This document shows positions 55,142 through 64,000 of a stretch of DNA of 64,000 nucleotides, piece after piece. The position numbers were made by a program, and so were the translations under genes. Positions within the stretch are counted from its first letter, which is position 1. Each line of letters opens with the position of its first letter. The stretch is from Alphaproteobacteria bacterium (lineage in GTDB: Bacteria; Pseudomonadota; Alphaproteobacteria; MPNO01; UBA830): contig OZ251539.1 of NCBI GenBank assembly GCA_965243135.1, forward strand, positions 640,001 through 704,000. The letters run 5' to 3'. The notes under the pieces are model-generated. The model was not told the origin of the DNA. It did no database searches and was given only the letters and a program-made list of their open reading frames with translations.

Positions 55142-57257
55142 ATGCAAGTTGGACTTCACCGTTTCCATGCGGACAGCATCGAGTGGCTCCGAACTGCGGT
55201 CGCCGAAGGCGGTCGCACCCGGCGTCAGCTGGCGCAAGAGCTGTGCGAGCGCGAGAACTGGCGCAACGAGAAGGGCGAACTTTGCCTCGCCTCGGCGCGG
55301 CGCGTTCTGCCGAAGCTCGCCGGGAAACTCGGGATCGCGTTGCCGCCGCCGCGGGAGCGCCTGCCGCAGAAGGCGCCGACCCGGGATTTTCCGGATCTGC
55401 CGCTTCGCTGCAGTCTGACGGAGATCGGCGAGGTCGCGCTGGAGCCGGTTTCGGGGAGCGCCGACAGGCAACGGTGGCGTTCGATGATGGAGACCCATCA
55501 TCCGCAGCGCTGGATGCGTCCGCCGGGCGCGCAAAGGTGTTACTGGATCGCGTCGTCCCGCCATGGCCGGCTGGGCGGCATCGGTTTCTGCGCCGCCGGC
55601 TGGCACCAGAAAGCGCGCGACGAGTTCGTCGGCTGGTCGGCGGACGCGCGGGTCGCCAACCTTCAGCGGATGGTCAACAACAACCGATTTCTCCTGTTGC
55701 CGGGGGTGCGCGTGCACGGGCTTGCGTCGCGCGTTCTCGACCTCGCGGCGGCGCAATTGCCCGGCGACTGGGAAGCCGCCTACGGCGTGCGTCCGCTGAT
55801 GGCTTACACTTACGTCTCTCCCGACCATTCGGGCGCCTGCTATCGCGCGGCAGGGTGGGAGCGCTGCGGCAGACCGACTTCGGGGCTGCCGCCGGGCGCC
55901 GAGGCGAGGGGCGTCGGGCGGTCGGTCTGGATGAAGCCGTTGGCCGCCGACTGGAAGGAGCGGCTGCGCCGGAAGCCGGAGCGGACGCTCGGCCTCGCCC
56001 CCGAGGCACCTCCGTCCGACGATTGGGCGGAACGGGAATACGGTCGCGGAACGCACCCGGACGGACGCATTCGCGGTCGCATGGTACGAATGGGGCGCGC
56101 GTGGGAGGAACGTCCCGGCCAGCCGGTACCGGTAATCTTCCCGGACAAGGAAGATCAGGACGCGGCCTACCGGCTGCTGTCGAACCCGAGGGTGAACGTG
56201 GAGCACGTTCTCGAGTCGCACGAGGAATGCATGGTCGAGCGCTGCCGCAGGGAACGCGTGGTTCTGGCGGTTCAGGATACGACGATCCTGAACTGCAACG
56301 GCCTGCAAGCCGCCGCCGGTCTGGCGCCGCTTGGCGGCGGCGGGTCGGGAACCAAAGGCGTCGCCGCCCATTTCGGACTTGCGATCACGACCGCAGGACG
56401 CCCGCTCGGGGTCTTCGAGGCCGCCGTGCGCGACGACAAGGACGAAAGCGTCCGCTGGCTCAAGCACTTCGACAAGGCGCAGGAGATTGCGCGCGCCTGT
56501 CCCGGCACGCGGGTCGTTGCCGTGTGCGACCGGGAAGGAGACATCTGGGAACTGCTGTCGAGGGCGGTCGCGGCGGGCGCCGGCCTGGTGGTGCGCACCT
56601 GCCGCTCGAAGCGGCGGCGCGTGCTGTGCGAGGACGGCGGCAAAAAGGGTCTTTGGGACTACATGGCGGAACGGCCGGTGCTGAGATCGCTGAACCTCGC
56701 CGCCTGCGGCGGCGGGAAAACGCGCAAGAAACGCGAGGCGACGCTCGACATCCGCGCCGCCCGCGTCCGGCTCGCGCCGCCCGGCGACAGGACCGGCGAC
56801 GCGCCTCTCTCCATGCTCGCCGTGTCGGTCGCAGGACCGCAAGATCGGCTGTTGCTCGCCACCGAGGGAAAGACCGAAAACGCGATACGCATTGTCGAAT
56901 GGTACGAACGGCGCTGGACGCTTGAAGAATACTTCAAGACCCTCAAGTCCGGCATGGGCGTCGAAGACCGGCGATTCGACGACGCCGACGACCTTCGAAA
57001 GTGCCTCGCCTTCGACGCGGTCACCGCATGCCGGGTCTTCGACCTCCGGGCGCGGGACAGGCCGGACGCTCCCGCCGCCGAAGTCCGCGGACGAAGATGA
57101 AATCGCGGCGCTTCGCCCCGCCGAACGAGGCATGGTCAAGAGCGGGAAGCCGGCCGAAAACCTCGACGGCCGAACCTTCGTGGTCGGCGCAGGACGGGCT
57201 TTCGTCTCAACGCCGGCCGTTGCCCGGAACCATCCGGCGAGGCCGCGGCTGCCTTGA
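55142..57257 (+). pseudogene. DUF4338 fused to an IS4 (IS50/Tn5-like) transposase, eroded C-terminus
   Basis: NNNRFLLLP..LAS..CYRAAGW (DUF4338), then WAEREYG, AAYRLLSN, VQDTT, VCDREGD and YERRWTLEEYFKTLKSG (YREK). Frameshift near 57090. Confidence 0.85.
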
Positions 57258-57608
57258 GGCCTGCGTTCCGCCAAGCGCCGCGGAACGACGACATGCCCGA
57301 GGATTCGACGATGGGGCGTTGAAAGGCCGGGCATCGCCGCGGCTTTGGCTCGGCATCTGACCGGCCGGCGTTCGAAGACGGAAATTGCGGAGGGCGGGGC
57401 GGCTTCGTTCGTCCGGCGGCGAGCGACGGAGCGTCAACCGAATGGATGATTCCCGGAAAACGGACGACGGATTCTTTCGGGTCCGCGCCGCAGGTTTCGG
57501 ACGACGGAGCGTTGCGGCCGCGGGACCAGGCCGTTGCGGACCGGTCGACGTCTTTACGCTTGGAGATTTCGCGTCCGGTCCGCGCCGTTCGGCGGCGAAC
57601 CGATCGTA

Positions 57609-58520
57609 ATGGGCGGGGATTCTTCGTTGCAGGTCTCGGCGCGCCGCCTCAGATCCGTCTGGACGGGGCTGCCGGCGAATCTCAGAGGCATTCTGTGGCT
57701 GAGCGCCGGCGCGCTGTTCTTCGCCGTCGTCGACGTGTTCGTGAAGACGCTCGGGCGCAAGTTCGACGCGATCGAGATCACGTTCTTTCGCTACGCCACC
57801 GGACTGATCGTTCTCGCCCCGGTGTTTCTGAGAATGACTCGGGCGGATTTCAGGACTCGAAAAATCGGCTTGCACATCATGCGCATGGGATGCGCGTTCG
57901 CGGCGCAACTGATGGTCATCGTTTCGGTCATTTATCTTCCGCTCGCGGACGCGACCGCGTTCATGTTTTCGAAGCCGATCTTCACCACGGTGGTGGCCGT
58001 CATTCTTCTGCGCGAACTCGTCGGTGCCCGGCGCTGGATAGCGACGGTCACGGGATTCGCGGGCGTTCTCGTGATGTTGCGTCCCGGCTCCGGGGGAGTC
58101 GACGTCATCGCGGTCGTCGCGGTGGCGGCGGCGTTGACCTTCGCCGTCGCCAACGTCTTGATCCGCATACTTGCGCGGACCGAGTCGACGAAACGCATCC
58201 TGTTCTACTATCATGTAGGCGGCGTCGCCCTGTTCACTGGACCCGCCGCGTGGGTCTGGAGCGGTCCGGTCGGAATCGAATGGCTTTTGCTCGCCTGCGT
58301 CGGCGGGCTGACGACAGCGGGAATGGTGTGTTTCGTGCGGGCCTTCTCCGTGGGCGAGGCGAACGCTGTCGGGCCAGCCGAAAACATGCGGTTGATCTAC
58401 GCCGCGCTCTTCGGGTTTCTTCTGTTTTCCGAAGTGCCCTCGGCGTGGAGCGTCGCGGGCGTCCTCATCATCGCCGGGAGCACGTTCTACATCGCGCGGG
58501 ACGAAGCGCGGAAGAAGTAG
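57609..58520 (+). CDS. DMT/EamA-family transporter
   Basis: About 10 TM helices; LPLADATA..KPIF..LLRE.VG..RW..GFAGV..LRPG. Confidence 0.9.
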   Translation: MGGDSSLQVSARRLRSVWTGLPANLRGILWLSAGALFFAVVDVFVKTLGRKFDAIEITFFRYATGLIVLAPVFLRMTRADFRTRKIGLHIMRMGCAFAAQLMVIVSVIYLPLADATAFMFSKPIFTTVVAVILLRELVGARRWIATVTGFAGVLVMLRPGSGGVDVIAVVAVAAALTFAVANVLIRILARTESTKRILFYYHVGGVALFTGPAAWVWSGPVGIEWLLLACVGGLTTAGMVCFVRAFSVGEANAVGPAENMRLIYAALFGFLLFSEVPSAWSVAGVLIIAGSTFYIARDEARKK

Positions 58521-58527
58521 GAGCGGT

Positions 58528-59709
58528 TCAACGCGCCGGCGTCAGGCGCAGGATCTTTCCGTTCCGTTCGTCGGTGACCGCATAGACCGCGCCCTCCGGA
58601 CCGACGGCCACGTCGCGGATGCGGCGACCGAGGGATTCCAGAAGGCGTTCTTCGCGCACGACTTTGCGTCCGGCAAGTTCCAGCCGGACCAGCGCCCGCG
58701 AGCGCAATCCGCTGATCAGAAGATTGCCTTTCCACCCGGAGAACAGATCGCCTCGGTAGAACGCCATGCCGCCGGGAGCGATTACCGGCGTCCAGACCGC
58801 GATCGGATCTTCCATCCCCGCCATTCGTTTCTGGCCGCTGCCGACCAGTTCGCCCGAGTATTCGAGTCCGTGGGACACGACCGGCCAGCCGTAGTTTCGT
58901 CCGGGTTCCGGAACGTTGAGCTCGTCTCCGCCGCGCGGACCGTGCTCGATCGTCCACAACTTGCCGGTGACCGGATGAATGGCCGCCCCCTGAATGTTGC
59001 GGTGGCCGTAGGACCAGATTTCCGGCAACGCTCCGGAGCGGTTCGCGAAAGGGTTGTCGGCGGGCACGGAACCGTCGGGCCGGAGGCGAACGACCTTGCC
59101 GAGATGGGACGTGAGGTCTTGGGCGCGCACGCGGTAGGAACGGCGCGCGCGGTCCCCCAGCGTCACGAACATCGCGCCGTCCGGCGCGAACGCGATGCGC
59201 GAGCCGTAATGACGGACTCCCCGAAGTCTTGGCATCTGCCGAAAGACGACTTCGACGTCGGAAAGCGCCGATCCCTCCCTGTCCAGCCTGCCGCGCGCGA
59301 CCGCGGTCGTGTTGGCGCCGTCGGTTCCCGGCTCCGTATAGGAGATGTAGACGAGGCGGTTCTCGCCGAAGTCAGGATGCAGCGTCACGTCCAGCAATCC
59401 GCCCTGACCGGCGTCGCGCACCCGGGGGACGCCGGCTACCGGTTCCGACAGCTTGCCGTCGCCGGTGACGATTCTGAGGCGGCCCGGCTTTTCCGTCACG
59501 ATCATCCGGCCGTCGGGAAGGAAGTCGAGGCCCCACGGCTGGTTCAGTTCGTCCGTCAGCGCGACGACCTCGATTCGGCCTTTTTCCGTGTCCAGGACGC
59601 TGCCGGAGGCGGGCGTCGCCGCCAGCAGCGCCGCAGCGAAGAGCGCCGGAAAGAACGCGTTCCTCGCGCTGTCGCCACGCGGGGCAAAATGCCGGATTAT
59701 GGAAGGCAT
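58528..59709 (-). CDS. PQQ-dependent sugar dehydrogenase (YliI/GSDH family)
   Basis: Motifs PWGLDFLPDG, GQGGLLDV, HYGSR, YGHRNIQG and EHGPRGGDELN. Start uncertain. Confidence 0.9.
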   Translation of the reverse strand: MPSIIRHFAPRGDSARNAFFPALFAAALLAATPASGSVLDTEKGRIEVVALTDELNQPWGLDFLPDGRMIVTEKPGRLRIVTGDGKLSEPVAGVPRVRDAGQGGLLDVTLHPDFGENRLVYISYTEPGTDGANTTAVARGRLDREGSALSDVEVVFRQMPRLRGVRHYGSRIAFAPDGAMFVTLGDRARRSYRVRAQDLTSHLGKVVRLRPDGSVPADNPFANRSGALPEIWSYGHRNIQGAAIHPVTGKLWTIEHGPRGGDELNVPEPGRNYGWPVVSHGLEYSGELVGSGQKRMAGMEDPIAVWTPVIAPGGMAFYRGDLFSGWKGNLLISGLRSRALVRLELAGRKVVREERLLESLGRRIRDVAVGPEGAVYAVTDERNGKILRLTPAR

Positions 59710-59734
59710 CCGAAACCTCTTGCCGGAGATCCTC

Positions 59735-60031
59735 ATGAGCGCCATTGTCTTACATGTCCAACTCGTCATCGTCGAGGGCCGCCGCGATGAATTCCTCGAC
59801 CTTGTGCGGGCGCACAGGAAAAGAGTGCTCGCCCGCGAGCCGGCGTGCCAGCGTTTCGACGTTTCCGTTCCCGACGACGAAGCCGATATGGTCCGCCTCT
59901 ACGAAGTGTACGACGACAGGGCGGCGGTCGACCATCACATGCAGACGGACTACATGCTCGCCTACCGCGAGGAGACGATGCCGCTGATCTCCGAGCGAAC
60001 GCTGACCATGGCGGTCATGGCGAACGAATAG
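59735..60031 (+). CDS. Antibiotic-biosynthesis-monooxygenase (ABM) family protein
   Basis: REPACQRFDV..LYEVYDDRAAVDHH; GGAG RBS. Confidence 0.85.
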   Translation: MSAIVLHVQLVIVEGRRDEFLDLVRAHRKRVLAREPACQRFDVSVPDDEADMVRLYEVYDDRAAVDHHMQTDYMLAYREETMPLISERTLTMAVMANE

Positions 60032-60037
60032 TTCCGG

Positions 60038-61078
60038 TCACAAGACCTCTTTCGCGACGACGCGAAGCGCATCGACTGTCGCGCCGCCCAGCAGCAGGGC
60101 GCTGACTTCCCCGCGCTTCGCCGCTTGTTTCCATGCGGAAAGCCTGTCGGCGATCCGCTCCGGCGGACCGACGAGGGCGACTTCGTCGACCAGCGCGTCC
60201 GGGACGGCCTGAGCCGCCTCTTCCTGACGGCCGTCCAAAAAGGCGCTCTGGACGGCCGCGGCGGCCTCTTCGTATCCCATGCGCCTTACATACGCGTTGT
60301 AGAAGTTCCGGTCGCGGGAGCCCATCCCGCCGACATAGAGAGCCAGATACCGCTTTATCGGCCAGCGGCAGGCGTCGAGATCGTCGCCGACCACGATCTG
60401 CACGAATGGCGCGATCTCGAAATTTTCAAGGCTCTTGCCGTTGCCCGCCGCGGCGAAGCCTTCCTCGAGGGCTCCGGCGAAAAGGTCGAACCGTTCGGGG
60501 CTCATCCAGACGGGAAAGAAACCGTCGGCGATTTCGCCCGCGGTCTTCACTCCGGCGGGAGAGATCGTTCCCGTGAAGATCTTGAGCGAGGGATCGCCGT
60601 GAAGGATGCTCTTGAGCGGCTTTCCCAGACCGGTGCTGTCCTCTCCGTCGTAGGGAATCCGGTAATGGAATCCCTTGTGGGCGAGCGGCTCCTCGCGGGC
60701 GAGAATCTTGCGCACGATCGCGACGTACTCGCGGGTCCGGGTCATCGGCTTTCCGTAGGGTTCTCCGTACCAACCCTCTACGACCTGCGGACCGGAGGGC
60801 CCGAGTCCCAGCATGAAACGTCCGCCCGAAAGGGAATGCAGGGTCATTGCGGTCATCGCCGTCATGGCCGGCGTCCGCGCCGGCATTTGCATGATCGCGG
60901 TGCCGACCTTCAGCGTCGCGGTCTGCGCAAGCACCCATGTCGCCGGGGTTACGGCGTCGGAACCGTAGGCTTCCGAAGTCCAGGCGGAATCGTAGCCCAG
61001 GCGCTCCGCCTCCCGAACCAGATCCATGTCGACCCGGAAGGACTTGCCCGAGTATCCGATGGTCAATCCAAGTTTCAC
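60038..61078 (-). CDS. LLM-class (F420-dependent-type) oxidoreductase
   Basis: Motifs [31 protein letters not shown] and [22 protein letters not shown]. Confidence 0.9.
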   Translation of the reverse strand: MKLGLTIGYSGKSFRVDMDLVREAERLGYDSAWTSEAYGSDAVTPATWVLAQTATLKVGTAIMQMPARTPAMTAMTAMTLHSLSGGRFMLGLGPSGPQVVEGWYGEPYGKPMTRTREYVAIVRKILAREEPLAHKGFHYRIPYDGEDSTGLGKPLKSILHGDPSLKIFTGTISPAGVKTAGEIADGFFPVWMSPERFDLFAGALEEGFAAAGNGKSLENFEIAPFVQIVVGDDLDACRWPIKRYLALYVGGMGSRDRNFYNAYVRRMGYEEAAAAVQSAFLDGRQEEAAQAVPDALVDEVALVGPPERIADRLSAWKQAAKRGEVSALLLGGATVDALRVVAKEVL

Positions 61079-61107
61079 GTTCCCTGTCCTCGCTCAGGTT
61101 CTTTGCG

Positions 61108-62079
61108 TCAGGCCGCAGGCGTCGTCGTGTCCACGGCGGCGTGGATCTTCCGAATGTAGTGCTCGCCCAAAGTGACGCGTTCCGAAGAGCCCGCGCCGAT
61201 GCCGCCGATAACCGTGTCGTAGTTGGGCTGATGGAAGAATACGAGCGAGATCCGTCCTTGCGGCGCCGTTCCCGGCGGCGGATTTCCCACGCGGTGAAGC
61301 GTGGAAGCCCATCCCGTCCAGCGCGCCATCGCGTCGCCGAGATTGCAGACGAAGGCGTCCAGCGGCGGGCGAACCTCGGTCCAGCCGCCGCGCGGCAGCC
61401 GAACCTGGAGCGTTCCCGGCACGTCGTCGCTGCGAAGCAGGGTGACCGCCCCGTAGTCCGTGTGAGCGCCGGCCCGGAGTTGTCCGGGCGCCGGGCTGGT
61501 TTCCTGCGGCGGATAGTGGATGAAGCGCAGTTGATTGGTCGCCTTGTCGAACTTGTCGACGAAATAGCCTTCGTCGAGATCCAGCGCCAGCGCGAGGCCG
61601 CTCATCACGCGCTGCCCGAGTCGGGACATCGCCTCGAAATAACGGAGCGCGGTATCGCGGAACGTCGGCAATCCATCGGGCCAACGATTGGGTCCGAAGA
61701 AGTACGCCGCGACCTCGCCGCGATAGTAGGGGTGATCCGGCAGGTTTTCCGGCGTCATCACCCACGCCTCCTGAAGGTCGGGAGGAGTGTCCTCGCCGAG
61801 CGTTTTCGCGAGCGCGCGGTCGGCGGGCGGGTAATAGCCCCGGCCGGTTCTGCTCGCGTCGCGAAGGATCAGGCGTTTCCGGTTCGCCGGCAGCGCGAAG
61901 AAGTCCGCCGCCGCTTGCCTCGTCCGCGCGATCAGATCCTCGTCCACGCCGTGTCCGACGACGCTGAAGAAGCCCGTCTCTTCGCAGGCCGCGGCGAGGG
62001 CGCGGGCGACGCTCCGCTTTCCCTCCTCCCCGGTCGCGCGAAGGGGAGATATGTCGATGACGGGAACCTGATCCTTCAT
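61108..62079 (-). CDS. Isopenicillin-N-synthase-family 2OG-Fe(II) oxygenase
   Basis: VPVIDI, GFFSVVGHGV, HTDYG, HRV and RISL (HxD..H, RxS). Confidence 0.9.
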   Translation of the reverse strand: MKDQVPVIDISPLRATGEEGKRSVARALAAACEETGFFSVVGHGVDEDLIARTRQAAADFFALPANRKRLILRDASRTGRGYYPPADRALAKTLGEDTPPDLQEAWVMTPENLPDHPYYRGEVAAYFFGPNRWPDGLPTFRDTALRYFEAMSRLGQRVMSGLALALDLDEGYFVDKFDKATNQLRFIHYPPQETSPAPGQLRAGAHTDYGAVTLLRSDDVPGTLQVRLPRGGWTEVRPPLDAFVCNLGDAMARWTGWASTLHRVGNPPPGTAPQGRISLVFFHQPNYDTVIGGIGAGSSERVTLGEHYIRKIHAAVDTTTPAA

Positions 62080-62272
62080 CGCGTTCCGCCGATTCTCGCT
62101 CCATTGGGCGAATTGCTGCGGGACGATAGCAGCCCTCCGCCGGAACCGCCAGATCCCGCTCCGGACGGCGAAGGCCGGCGCTTCCCGGCCGGCGATTGAA
62201 CGGACTGGCCGGCTCGTGCTTCAATTCGAAGGATCCGGCGCCGCTGCCGGACGCAACATGGAGGTTATCGAA

Positions 62273-63415
62273 ATGTCGATGCCAACCGAACCTGTCGGGT
62301 CGCTGCCTCGTCCGTCGAGGCTTCAGGCTGCCTACGCCGATTACGACGCCGGCAAGATCGCCTTCGAACAGCTCGAAGCCGAGCAGGACGAGGCATGCCG
62401 GGATTCGATACAACGCATGGAGGCCACGGGTTCGCCGATCGTGTGCGACGGCGAACAACGCGCGTCGAGTTTTGCGACCTATCCTCTGACCGACACCCTC
62501 GCCGGAACGGGGCTTGCCGACAATCTCGCGGCGGACGGCCAGTACTTCGCCATTTTCGAGGACGGACATCACAGGCAGCTGCCGCGTCTGACGGGCGGGC
62601 CGTTCCGTTACAAGACCTACGCGGCGCAGTATTTCGAACGGTCGAAGAAGATGGCGACCAAGCCGATGAAGCAGGCGGTCATCGCGCCGTCGATGCTCGC
62701 CTTGCTCTATCCCCTGGACGGGCAGGTGCCGGATTATCCCCGCGAGCGGTTCCTTTCCGACCTCTGCGACGAGTGCGAGAAGGACATCCGCACGTGCTTC
62801 GACGCCGGCGCGGTCCGCGTCTCGATCGACTTTACCGAGGGACGGCTCGCCTGCAAGAACGATCCGAGGAACCCGTGGACGGGCAGGGGGATGCTCGAAG
62901 AATTCATCGAGCTGAACAACCGCGTGATCGATCGCTTCACCGCCGAGGAGCGCAGGAACATCGGCGTTCACACCTGTCCGGGCGGCGACTGCGATTCGAC
63001 CCACAGCGCCGACGTGGACTACGCCGAGCTGCTGCCGAGCATGTTCAGGCTGAACGCCGGCTATTTCCTGATGCAGTTGGCGAGCGAGCGCGACAGGGAG
63101 CACATATACGACCTCTGCGGCAAGCACAGCCGAGAGGACGCGAACGGCGTTCCGCAGGTCTGCTTCGTAGGCGTCATCAATCCGCAGAACCCTCGGGTGG
63201 AGACGCCGGAGCAGGTGCGCGACGCTCTCGTGAGCGCATCGAACTACGTTCCCCGGGAACGCCTCGCGTCGACCGACGATTGCGGGTTTTCGCCGTTCAG
63301 CATCGACGTGAAGCCGAAGCACGGTTCGCCGGACGCGGCTCGCGACATTGCGTTCCGGAAGATTGCCGCCCGGGTTCAGGGCACGGAAATGGCTTCCGAG
63401 CGGCTCGGCCTCTGA
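62273..63415 (+). CDS. Cobalamin-independent methionine synthase II family protein (single barrel)
   Basis: Motifs EPVGSLPRP, DGEQR, HTC, VETPEQV and DDCGF. Confidence 0.88.
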   Translation: MSMPTEPVGSLPRPSRLQAAYADYDAGKIAFEQLEAEQDEACRDSIQRMEATGSPIVCDGEQRASSFATYPLTDTLAGTGLADNLAADGQYFAIFEDGHHRQLPRLTGGPFRYKTYAAQYFERSKKMATKPMKQAVIAPSMLALLYPLDGQVPDYPRERFLSDLCDECEKDIRTCFDAGAVRVSIDFTEGRLACKNDPRNPWTGRGMLEEFIELNNRVIDRFTAEERRNIGVHTCPGGDCDSTHSADVDYAELLPSMFRLNAGYFLMQLASERDREHIYDLCGKHSREDANGVPQVCFVGVINPQNPRVETPEQVRDALVSASNYVPRERLASTDDCGFSPFSIDVKPKHGSPDAARDIAFRKIAARVQGTEMASERLGL

Positions 63416-63711
63416 AGCCCTCGACGGCGCCGCGCGGGCGCGGCGCCGTCCTTCCCGCGGCGAGATGGCGGTTATCCCCAGGAAAATGCGCGATTTGTGA
63501 ATAACCGCGATTTTTTCGTTGCGGCCGGGCAGCGGAGCGTGGCATGTTCGTCCTGTCAGCGCGATGGAACTACGCAGTTGATGGGTGGGTGGCCCGCTGA
63601 ATGCTGGACGAGCCGGTTCCACGGCGTCGGAAGTCCAGGAAACAGCCGGGTCGGGCCAAAGCCGGGGGCGGCTGCGGCCATTTTTTTTGCCCGAACGGGC
63701 GGAGCTTCGGC

Positions 63712-64000
63712 ATGACGGACGCCTTCCTGCGCAATGCATGGTACGTCGCCGCGTGGAGCCACGAGATCGCACGGCCTCTCTCGCGATCGTTGTTGCGGCA
63801 ACCCGTCGTGCTGTGGCGCACCGGCAGCGGTCTCGCCGTCGCCCTGGAAGACCGGTGCTGCCATCGCCACGCGCCATTGTCGGCAGGGACCGTGATCGGC
63901 GACAATATCAGGTGCGGCTATCACGGCCTTTCCTTCGACTCCTCGGGAAACTGCGTCGACGTACCGAGCCAGAACAGGATTCCGCCGGGCGCGCGCGTCC
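63712..64000 (+). CDS. Rieske non-heme iron oxygenase alpha subunit (VanA-like), partial
   Basis: Read directly from sequence: MTDAFLRNAWYVAAWS..EDRCCHRHAPLS..CGYHG. Runs off the window end. Confidence 0.9.
   Translation, partial: MTDAFLRNAWYVAAWSHEIARPLSRSLLRQPVVLWRTGSGLAVALEDRCCHRHAPLSAGTVIGDNIRCGYHGLSFDSSGNCVDVPSQNRIPPGARV

Overview
High-GC bacterial DNA. The gene content suggests an Alphaproteobacterium, possibly a marine or host-associated symbiont (inference only). Intact metabolic blocks are: a PadB-like Mo-bisPGD oxidoreductase with a fused Fe-S/membrane-anchor subunit, egtB-egtD, a branched-chain-type ABC transporter with an acyl-CoA ligase, yhaO-yhaN, pyrC, mmsA, and a catabolic block at the right end. 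These alternate with accessory zones of eroded IS elements, a MITE, decayed toxin-antitoxin modules and defence-like genes. The strongest candidate for an undescribed system is the four-gene unit at 49.9-55.0 kb: a hypothetical protein, a DUF2791/BrxD-like protein with degenerate Walker motifs, an intact DUF2791/BrxD-like ATPase and a SNF2 helicase. It lies next to RecD2 and Fic in an IS-bounded island and has no BREX core or TerB gene. Also notable are an FGE-sulfatase gene whose 3' end looks like a diversity-generating retroelement (DGR) variable region, a four-copy structured ~200-250 bp repeat, and a triple-hairpin leader upstream of an NYN RNase gene. Family calls come from motif recognition by eye; no database searches were run.
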